Shown here: piece after piece, positions 32,856 to 40,744 of the stretch | Layout: every line of letters starts with the position of its first letter | Numbering within the stretch: the first letter of the stretch is position 1 | From: a virus | Direction: 5' to 3' (one strand) | IMG/VR virus record: IMGVR_UViG_3300032163_000004 | Location: 1-64,000 of that record | DNA length: 64,000 bases | The notes under the pieces: model-generated | Told to the model about the DNA's origin: nothing | Database searches by the model: none | Seen by the model: the letters and a program-made list of their open reading frames with translations, nothing else | Translations under genes and position numbers: made by a program

Positions 32856-32929
32856 TGGACACACCGGTGGGATTTAAACCCACGTAGCTGATTTTGCAGA
32901 CCAGTGCCTCGTCTCTCGGCCACGGTGTG
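32856..32929 (-). tRNA. tRNA-Cys(GCA)
   Basis: CTGGT-CTGCAAA-ATCAG, U73, CCA. Confidence 0.88.
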
Positions 32930-32931
32930 AT

Positions 32932-33007
32932 TGGCGGACTGGACGAGATTTGAACTCGTAATCTTTCAGATCGACAGTCTGATATTTTACCATTAAACTA
33001 CCAGTCC
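32932..33007 (-). tRNA. tRNA-Asp(GTC)
   Basis: TCAGA-CTGTCGA-TCTGA, G73, CCA. Confidence 0.9.
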
Positions 33008-33197
33008 ACACTCTCTAAGATAACTTGCGCTGCCACGCAATTACTACGTGAAAAAATTTGAATGACAAAACTATTTCTCCCTTCATACACGGTGATCCTG
33101 CCTTAATCCATCTCCACTTGGTAGATCCCTTAATAAGCATTACCCAGGCCAATACGGCATTACCTAAACTCATTTGCGATAACCATCCCAACATATT

Positions 33198-33287
33198 TGG
33201 AGGAAGGGGAGGGATTTGAACCCCCGAGGCTTTTACACCCAGTGGTTTTCAGGACCACCTCCATAAGCCAGACTCGGACACCCTTCC
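33198..33287 (-). tRNA. tRNA-Ser(TGA), atypical C33
   Basis: GTGGT-CCTGAAA-ACCAC; long variable arm GGTGTAAAAGCC shared with Ser(GCT); CCA. Confidence 0.88.
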
Positions 33288-33739
33288 TTACAACAAACGA
33301 TCTACCTAATCGTTTTTAAAAAGTATATAATATTTATTCTATTTTTCTTTTCTTGCTTCTTCTATTTCTTCAAGTATTGTATGACATTTCAAAGCTTGAA
33401 TTATTCCTTGTTTATATGATGTTAATGCTTTAACAACTATTTTTCTTATCTCTTCTGTTGATACTTTCTTGTCCCCTTTTTTCCTACTATACTCCTTAAC
33501 CGCTTCTTCTACGCTATTCATAAAAGCTTCGTCTATCCTTTCTGCTAAGACAAATTCTTTTGTCATGCATATAGTCCTTATATAGTTTATTTTAAACTTT
33601 TTCTTTTAAAACCACAATTTTGACATGTTCCACTCAATTTCCAAATATCAATTTCAAAATAAGTATCACAAAAAGGACACTTATAAATCCAACGCATTTT
33701 TGCTCCTTTTTTACAAAAAAGGTCTTCATTAAATATGTT

Positions 33740-33760
33740 CTACATATATTAATTATTGAA
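33740..33760 (+). promoter_or_regulatory. Island promoter motif, back-to-back with a minus-strand GAACATA motif
   Basis: ctacatatattaattattga. Confidence 0.7.
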
Positions 33761-34606
33761 GAAAGGAGGATTTATTTATGATCGAACAACACTTAAAATA
33801 TAGAATAGAAGATATCATGTCAGGAGCAGAAGATCTCTTAATCGAACATGGTCATTTAGTTCCAACATTATTTATAGAAAACGAAAATGGAATAGAAGTA
33901 ATAGAAATCTTGTACAGAAATTTTGAAGAAAAAGAAGAAGCATTTTCTAATTTAAATCATATGTTAAAGTCTACAAATTTAGAAGCTTGTTTCTTCGTAT
34001 CAGAAGGGTGGACAAGTAAAATTCTCATGGGTGCTCCTTCACAAAATCCAGACAAACAAGAAGTTATAATAGTTACTGGAATTAGTTACAACATACAACT
34101 TTCTTATACTTGTTTAATTCAAAGAGATTCTCATGTTAAACCAATAGGTGTAGTAAAACCGGGTGAAATGATGCAAGCATCTTTTAAACTTTTTGATGGT
34201 CTATTTAGAAATACTATGGCAACTGCATAAAAAAGGAGGTGAAAACATTGGCTATAATAAACAGTTCTAGATTAGAATTTAAAAAGTTAGATCGACAAAA
34301 ACAGAAACTTCATGATTGTCTGGGGTGTGGAAAAGGAGATATTGTTGGATGGTTATGTGATAGTTGTAAGGCTCGAAATAGAAACTTAGAGTCTGGAGGA
34401 TTGGATGATGAAGAGAGATATGAATTTCACCCAGAAGCAATCGAAACTTTAGGAGAAAAATTTTATGAATAACAACACACCTGGTATTGTAATTATAGCA
34501 GCAATACTTTCTGCTATCTTCGTCCTCATAACAATGTCATAACAACATAGAGGACGGTAAAAGAGGCTATTCGCTTGCCTCTTTTTTACTCCATTAGTAA
34601 TCTTTT

Positions 34607-35029
34607 CTACACATCCTTTCCATCCCATCCAGGGAGTATCGAACGATGAAAATCACTTATTATTAATGACTTCTTTACTTGTTCATCATTACTCATTAAA
34701 AAAACTATAGACACCATCTGAATAATTCTTATTTTATTCTCATCTTTTGTATAACAATAACCAGTCGTAGTTACTATTCCAGCTATAACGACTTCACCTT
34801 CGGTTGTTAGTGCTCCATCAACAAACTCAAAATTAATCGTAATAAAACTCAAAGTATAACCATATTCTCTACTAACTCCATCTTTCCAATTCTGTATTGT
34901 ATCTTCACTTTTTTGCCCTTTTTCATATATTTTTTTAATAGTATTAATATAAGAAGAAAAATCATTAGCCAATAAACTAGAAGTAAGTAAAAACATAAAA
35001 ACAACTAGTAACGATATAAGTTTCTTCAT
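34607..35029 (-). CDS. Secreted/exported hypothetical protein
   Basis: MKKLISLLVVFMFLLTSSLLA signal-peptide-like N-terminus after SD ggaggt. Confidence 0.55.
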   Translation of the reverse strand: MKKLISLLVVFMFLLTSSLLANDFSSYINTIKKIYEKGQKSEDTIQNWKDGVSREYGYTLSFITINFEFVDGALTTEGEVVIAGIVTTTGYCYTKDENKIRIIQMVSIVFLMSNDEQVKKSLIISDFHRSILPGWDGKDV

Positions 35030-35113
35030 AAAAATTACCACCTCCAAAATTTTACAACTACTCTTGTTCTCCTTTGTTTTTTGTTCACGTATCATCTACT
35101 ATAAAGAAAAGAG

Positions 35114-35683
35114 GTGAAATCCTTAATGCAAGAAAATCAACTTTATCTAGACTTCTTCACTAAAGTCTTACAAAGAATTCTATCTAAAAATCCAACTTTT
35201 ACTTCTGCCCATGCTAAACCTCAACCTTACTTTAGCACAGGTATAGGTAGGGGAGGTTTTTTAGTCTTCTGTGAGTTTAAAGAAACTGACAAAAACCGCT
35301 GGCAGGATGAACTTAGAGTTGGACTTTTTTGGGATACAAAAAACAAAGAAAAGAATGATAAAATATTTTCAACTCTAGAAAAGTATGGTTCTCTAATTGA
35401 ACAAGAAATTAATCAAGGATCAGAATGGATAGAACCAAATCATACATTGATATGGTCTAAATCTGCTAAAAGAGAACGAAAAATATTTGTTTCTACTAAT
35501 GGCAATATCTATAGTAAGTCAGGAAGGATCGAAGAACTAATTAGTTTTACAGTAGTTTATTTAAAAAGGTTTAAAGAATTCTTTTCTTTCTTTTTAGATG
35601 AGATTGACAATCTTCCTCATGAAATATCTCAACTGATTAAAAACGAAGGGACCCCAATATATAAATTGGAGAGAAAAAGATAA
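35114..35683 (+). CDS. DUF4268-like protein
   Basis: YLDFF..., STGIGRGGF, ELRVGLF, IF..LE....IEQEI, LIW. Confidence 0.55.
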   Translation: MKSLMQENQLYLDFFTKVLQRILSKNPTFTSAHAKPQPYFSTGIGRGGFLVFCEFKETDKNRWQDELRVGLFWDTKNKEKNDKIFSTLEKYGSLIEQEINQGSEWIEPNHTLIWSKSAKRERKIFVSTNGNIYSKSGRIEELISFTVVYLKRFKEFFSFFLDEIDNLPHEISQLIKNEGTPIYKLERKR

Positions 35684-35686
35684 TAT

Positions 35687-35965
35687 TCATATTCCTTTTC
35701 TGTATTTCCTGATCTGAACATAATTCCAAACACAACATCCAACCATAATTATATTTAGTGGAACAAAAACTCCCCAACTAACAAAATAACCCATTAAACC
35801 AGCAGCACCAATTGCGATCACCTTTGAGGGAACTATTCCAATTTTATTGATAACAGGATTTAATTCTTTACCACCATGTTTTAAAATACGTTTAGTTAGA
35901 TAGTAATCAACTCCATTTAGAACAACAAATATACCTAGTCCAATACTTGCTAATTTATTCATTCT
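35687..35965 (-). CDS. DUF5658-like small membrane protein
   Basis: LNGVDYYLT...GGKELNPV. Confidence 0.55.
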   Translation of the reverse strand, partial: RMNKLASIGLGIFVVLNGVDYYLTKRILKHGGKELNPVINKIGIVPSKVIAIGAAGLMGYFVSWGVFVPLNIIMVGCCVWNYVQIRKYRKGI

Positions 35966-36037
35966 CATAATCTCCTTTCTTTTATTGTTCAAAAACAGAA
36001 CGTTGTCTTCTGTATGTTCATTGTTATTTAGTATAGA

Positions 36038-36058
36038 CTATATATATTAATTATTGAA
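36038..36058 (+). promoter_or_regulatory. Island promoter motif driving the Ro60-like operon
   Basis: ctatatatattaattattga. Confidence 0.7.
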
Positions 36059-36154
36059 GAAAGGAAGGAAGTTTTATTTTTACTTGGCCTAGTCATCTTA
36101 AGAAGAATAAAACTTCCTTACCTAATTTTTTTATTCACGAAAGGAGGATTGATA

Positions 36155-37633
36155 ATGAAAGCTTCAGAACAAGTTCTAACTACTCAACAACTAATTGGGA
36201 ACTTGATCAAAGTCGTCCACAAATCTTTAGACTTATATGTAGATGACTCTCTAAAAGTAGTTAAGCAAAATCCAGATCTCTTCGCTCACCTCATAGCATG
36301 GAATCACATTAATGGAGAGATAAGGGATACTAAAATTGCATTCCCAGTACTATCTCTTCGAGGAAACGCAGGAGAAGAAAAGTCCTACTATGAAAATGCT
36401 GTTGCTCATCTATTATTGTTTGATCCACGAAATTTAGTAAAAGCAGTAACTTTTGATCGAGAACTCAATAGTAAAGGTGTTATTATTTCTGGAGGAGCTG
36501 GAACTCTTTTAAAGAAAGCAGTTCAAAATTATCTTAGAATAAGAGAAGAAAATCCACCATGGTGGAATAAAGCAGTTGTTCAACACAGAACATCAATGAA
36601 AACTCTCTATGCTATGTACCATGTTAAACCAAATGCAATGGCTGATAAAATTCTCTTTAAAGAACAATATCCAAAAAATTCAGTGTTTGAAGCCATAAGA
36701 CAATTAAAAAATATGGACCCAAAAGAAGCTGGCGCTGCAATACTAAATTATAAAATTCCATTTACAATCGCTGTTGGCGCAGTTGGGGGTATAGCTAAGA
36801 ATACTGATTTAGTTTTATCTCTCATTGAAAATATGTCTGGAAATGAACTTATAACTAATTCAAACATGCTTTCTAAATTAGGAGTTATGGATAATCCTGT
36901 TCTTAAATCTGCTTTTGAAAATGCAATTTCTAAAGCTAAAAAAGATAAAAGGACAAGCACTCTTAAAGCAGGAATAGCAGCTTCAGTTGTAAATGATGAA
37001 AAGATGAAAGTCAAATTAGAAAAACTGCAAGAACACAAAATCGACAATCTAAAAGGTCTAGAAGGAGATTGGTTAATCTTAGCTGACAAATCAGGTTCTA
37101 TGAAAGAATCTATTATTAAATCAAAAGAAGTAGCTGCATTTCTTGCTCGCACTACTAAAGGAAAAGTATACCTAGTCTTCTTTAATACCCTCCCAGTTAT
37201 GTATGATGTTTCCGAAAAATCTTTACAAGAGATCAAAACAATTACGTCTGGTATTATGGCTGGAGGAGGAACATCTATTGGTTGCGGTTTACAACTAATC
37301 TCCGATAAACAAATTATCGTAAATGGAATAGTAATCTGTTCAGATGGTGGAGAAAATACTCATCCTCACTTCTTTGAAGTTTATAAACAATATGAAAAGA
37401 AATATATGATTTCCCCAACAATTTATCTTATACATTTTCCTGGAGAACTTGACGTACTAACTATTCAAGCTTCTGGTTTTTCTTATGAGAAACTAGATGG
37501 AAAAGATCTTGATTATTATGGTCTACCTAATTTATCAAACATTCTAAGATCATCAAGATATACTTTTGTTGATGAAATAATGCAAGTTCCATTACTAACA
37601 ATAAACAGTGTCTTACAAAGAAAGGAGGCTTAA
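36155..37633 (+). CDS. Ro60/TROVE-like RNA-binding protein with C-terminal vWA (MIDAS) domain
   Basis: 492 aa; helical N-terminal region (NPDLFAHLIAW...EIRD); vWA motifs LILADKSGSM (DxSxS), GGTS, ICSDGGEN; Y-RNA-like array downstream. Confidence 0.78.
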   Translation: MKASEQVLTTQQLIGNLIKVVHKSLDLYVDDSLKVVKQNPDLFAHLIAWNHINGEIRDTKIAFPVLSLRGNAGEEKSYYENAVAHLLLFDPRNLVKAVTFDRELNSKGVIISGGAGTLLKKAVQNYLRIREENPPWWNKAVVQHRTSMKTLYAMYHVKPNAMADKILFKEQYPKNSVFEAIRQLKNMDPKEAGAAILNYKIPFTIAVGAVGGIAKNTDLVLSLIENMSGNELITNSNMLSKLGVMDNPVLKSAFENAISKAKKDKRTSTLKAGIAASVVNDEKMKVKLEKLQEHKIDNLKGLEGDWLILADKSGSMKESIIKSKEVAAFLARTTKGKVYLVFFNTLPVMYDVSEKSLQEIKTITSGIMAGGGTSIGCGLQLISDKQIIVNGIVICSDGGENTHPHFFEVYKQYEKKYMISPTIYLIHFPGELDVLTIQASGFSYEKLDGKDLDYYGLPNLSNILRSSRYTFVDEIMQVPLLTINSVLQRKEA

Positions 37634-37634
37634 G

Positions 37635-37931
37635 ATGCCAATCAGAATTTCTAATTTAGAGTCATTAGATTTAGATGAATTAATAGACCTTCGTGCACGA
37701 TTAAGAAGTATTGATCAAGGATATTCAGAAGAAAAAGCAGATACTCCTGAATATATAGTTGATGCCTTAGCTCAAACCAGTACTAGAATTACAAACCAAA
37801 CCAAAGCAGAGCTTCAAAGAAAACGAAAACTAGCAATAGCAAAAAGATCTTCTCTTGCTACTAGAGATGAAAGAAAAGCTCAACTTGATCAAGAAATCGC
37901 TGCTTACGACGAGAAACTTAAACCAGCTTAG
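37635..37931 (+). CDS. Small coiled-coil partner protein of the Ro60-like gene
   Basis: SD aaggagg; ATG 1 nt after the Ro stop; all-helical, basic C-terminal half. Confidence 0.7.
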   Translation: MPIRISNLESLDLDELIDLRARLRSIDQGYSEEKADTPEYIVDALAQTSTRITNQTKAELQRKRKLAIAKRSSLATRDERKAQLDQEIAAYDEKLKPA

Positions 37932-37932
37932 A

Positions 37933-37945
37933 GAACATATACCTA
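37933..37945 (+). promoter_or_regulatory. GAACA-type (putative late) promoter immediately 5' of the RNA array
   Basis: GAACATATACCTA = AACA-N6-TA; same motif as upstream of minus-strand units. Confidence 0.5.
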
Positions 37946-37950
37946 TAAAT

Positions 37951-38071
37951 TAGCCGATACTGAATAATCTTACATGCTTTAGCTCAATGGTAGAGCAAGA
38001 ATCTATCAAATTCTCGGTATGCGGTTCAACTCCGCAAAGCAACCAAACAAAGGTTATTCGACTTTCGGCTA
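37951..38071 (+). ncRNA. Y-RNA-like unit 1; cargo is a tRNA-like domain (5-bp acceptor stem, ATC anticodon, ACCA)
   Basis: TAGCCGA-TACT-GAATAATC...GGTTATTC-GACTT-TCGGCTA stem enclosing a D/anticodon/T cloverleaf at 37975-38045. Confidence 0.8.
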
Positions 38072-38088
38072 TTTAATTTATTAAATAT

Positions 38089-38234
38089 TGGTCGATACTG
38101 AACAATCATACATGCTTAAACATAGGTTCGAATCCTATAATTCGCTCCCTAAAAGCGAACTTAGCCAAGTGGATAAGGCAAGACTCTTGAAAAGTCTCAA
38201 TATGCAAACAAATTGGTTGTTCGACTTTCGACCA
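38089..38234 (+). ncRNA. Y-RNA-like unit 2; cargo is a circularly permuted tRNA-Ser(TGA)-like domain
   Basis: TGGTCGA-TACT-GAACAATC...GGTTGTTC-GACTT-TCGACCA; inner order is T-arm, closed acceptor, D-arm, anticodon arm. Confidence 0.82.
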
Positions 38235-38258
38235 TATTTATTAAAAATGGAGAAGGAA

Positions 38259-38423
38259 ATGAGAAACCCTAAAATAGGAGATCGTTTCTATTCTGAAGTA
38301 TATGATCTTAACGGAACTATTAAAGCAGTAAAAAATAGTTGGATTAGAATCCAATATGACGATTGGTCTCATGGTGATTTTTCTACTAACGAATTCTATA
38401 AACTTCATATATCACTTGATTAG
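38259..38423 (+). CDS. Small hypothetical protein (54 aa) inside the RNA array
   Basis: ggagaagg SD; MRNPKIGDRFYSEVYDLNGTIKAV...; SH3/KOW-like pattern. Confidence 0.45.
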   Translation: MRNPKIGDRFYSEVYDLNGTIKAVKNSWIRIQYDDWSHGDFSTNEFYKLHISLD

Positions 38424-38427
38424 ATAA

Positions 38428-38496
38428 GCCAGTCACTGAATAATCATACATGCTTCTATCCTAAAGGAAACAATAATGGTTATTCGACTTACTGGC
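38428..38496 (+). ncRNA. Y-RNA-like unit 3 (minimal cargo)
   Basis: GCCAGT-CACT-GAATAATC...GGTTATTC-GACTT-ACTGGC. Confidence 0.78.
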
Positions 38497-38505
38497 ATAA
38501 AATAA

Positions 38506-38580
38506 TAGTCAGTCACTGAGTAATCTTACATGCCTTTTAGGTAGGCTCCAAAACCGAAAGGTTACTCGACTTACTGACTA
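38506..38580 (+). ncRNA. Y-RNA-like unit 4; cargo is a CCA-ending microhelix
   Basis: TAGTCAGT-CACT-GAGTAATC...GGTTACTC-GACTT-ACTGACTA; insert GCCT-TTTAGGT-AGGC-T-CCA. Confidence 0.78.
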
Positions 38581-38587
38581 AAAAAAT

Positions 38588-38717
38588 TGGGTTAGTCACT
38601 GGATAATCATACATGCTTTTTAGCTCAATTGGTTGAGCGTTAGTACTTAGAACTAAGGGTTGATGGTTCAACTCCATCAAAAGCAGCCAAAAATTGGTTA
38701 TCCGACTTACTAACTCA
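38588..38717 (+). ncRNA. Y-RNA-like unit 5; cargo is a full-length tRNA-like domain (TTA at the anticodon position, GCCA)
   Basis: TGGGTTAGT-CACT-GGATAATC...GGTTATCC-GACTT-ACTAACTCA enclosing a 76-nt cloverleaf at 38614-38689. Confidence 0.82.
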
Positions 38718-38814
38718 TTTTTATTTTAGGATTCTGCATCCGTATAAACTCACGACTCCATTTGTGACCTTCTGCCTAATCAACGCTCAACGAGCATAAG
38801 CACCTCCATGAGCT

Positions 38815-38863
38815 AATAAAGGAACTAGATAACTCATAATTATTTAGTTCCTTTATTTTTTTG
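38815..38863 (+). terminator. Intrinsic terminator closing the Ro60/Y-RNA island
   Basis: aataaaggaactagataa/ttatttagttcctttatt stem followed by T-tract. Confidence 0.78.
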
Positions 38864-38878
38864 TTGAACTAGCCCTTA

Positions 38879-38899
38879 TTACATATATTAATTAATAGA
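38879..38899 (+). promoter_or_regulatory. Island promoter motif
   Basis: ttacatatattaattaataga. Confidence 0.65.
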
Positions 38900-40717
38900 A
38901 AGGAGATGAAACTTTGATAAACAGAAAACGAATTGATTTCTTCAAAAAGAATTGGAAATTAGGAATTCACCTTATCTTGTATACTAGGAGATTTGGAGTA
39001 AATAACGAATGGTGGAACTATTTTTCATCAACAGTTTGGGGAAATCCTATCCATAAAATCTTGTGGGACATTATACGTATTTATCCTTTAGTTCGCAATT
39101 ATAAAAGTATGAGATTTCGTGCAGGAGCCCTTCATTTCATGACAGATGAACAATATGAATTAGCATTTGGAAAGACTAAAGAATCAAGATTTAAACAGAG
39201 GAGGTTAATATGAACGAAGCCGATAAGATCAGAAAGAAATATGCTGAAGTCGGAAAACTTTGTAGCGAAGACTTAGATGGGGAACTGGCAGAACTAAGGA
39301 GTAGTTGTGGCCACAACGAATCAATAAGTTATAGAGAAGCCTCGAGATACTGGGGAGGAGAGTTATATTTTACAGAAGAAGAAGTTGCAAATATTATAGA
39401 ACCAAAAGATATACATACTGGAAAAAAGTATGAAGATTTACTACCAGTAAGAATATGTAAACGATGTGACAAGTTATTGTGGCCAAGTATGAACTAAGGA
39501 AGGAGAAGAAAATATGAAAACTGAAATGAGAAACAGATTAGCAGAAGTTCTTAAAGAACACAAAGAGATGGATGATTTTGCATCTAATCACTGGAGCAAG
39601 GTAGCCAATCTAGAAACAGAAAGACGACAGCTTTTATCACAGATAATAAAGGAAGAAAAGTTACTTAGTGAAGCTACCTTTTCTTTTAGAATAGATGTCT
39701 ACATACATAATAGAACTTGTGCCTTGGATGGACCAGTGTTGAGGGAAATGAAAGGATTGCAACAACTTTTAAAGGGTACACCTGAAGACAATAGTGATTA
39801 TCTTAGTCTTGATTTAGGCGAGGGGCATTTAAGTGTTAATGACGGAGAAGTTCATATTTCTATCAATAAGCTAGAGGATTCTCAAAAGATCATTGATGAT
39901 TGGGGCTTAAAGGTTGAATATAAAAACCTTGCGAAGCATAAAGAAAAGTTAGAAGAAGATTTAAAGGTAATAAACACTTTTATTAGAAAAATCACAAAGG
40001 AAGGAGGTTTTATAAAATGAAGTGTAATATTTGTGGTGAAGAAGCAGAAGACTATATTGACTCTAATGAATGTCTCCGTATAGATATTGGAGAGTTTGTT
40101 TGTAAAAAGTGTTGTGACGACTGTCCATTTGCTTACGGAATTTGTGACCACCACCTTCGTGTAATTAAAAAGAAATGGACTGGTCCTATGTCAAACTAAT
40201 CCTTGAAAGAAAGGAGGTTAAAAATGCAACAAGGTAAAGTTATTATGTCTCTTAAAGAAGCTAACAAAATAGTATCTGAAGAATATCGGATTGGCAAGAG
40301 AAATGAGAATGATCTTTACCCAGTATATAAAAGAGATACTTCTTCTCATATGATTGCTCTTATTAGGGGGGCTCATTGTGAAGAACGAATTGCATTTGCC
40401 AAAACATTAGAACAAGCTGTAGATATTACTAAAGGGATTGTAGAACAAGATCCATCTCAAAGAAAGGAGGTATGACAAAAGTGAAGCCAAAAATAAACAG
40501 ATTAGAAAATGATTTTGGAGGAGGATATTCTATTGATTCTATCACAATTGGAAAGAAAACATTTGAAATTTGGGAGTCAGTAGTTGGATGGGAGAATAGT
40601 ATGAAAAATATAGAGAGAGCGATAACAAAAGCCTATAACGAAGGATTCAAAGATGGTCAAAAACCTGAAAGAGAAAAGCGATAAATAAAACGCCATTTGC
40701 ATTTGATGGATAATATT

Positions 40718-40743
40718 GGAGGTCTTTGGACCTCTTTTTTTGT
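40718..40743 (+). terminator. Intrinsic terminator
   Basis: ggaggtc/gacctct stem followed by T-tract. Confidence 0.7.
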
Positions 40744-40744
40744 T

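Noticed and set aside
38088-38258. N-terminal half of the 111-aa ORF 38088-38423
   Set aside because: TTG start without SD that overlaps RNA unit 2 entirely; the SD-supported start is 38259.
37975-38689. Calling the embedded cloverleaves ordinary tRNA genes
   Set aside because: They sit inside conserved closing stems and have a shortened acceptor, a permuted order or aberrant anticodon loops.
37951-38717. CRISPR array interpretation of the repeated motifs
   Set aside because: The repeats come as complementary 5'/3' halves that covary per unit, the inserts vary widely in length and are tRNA-like, and no cas genes are present.
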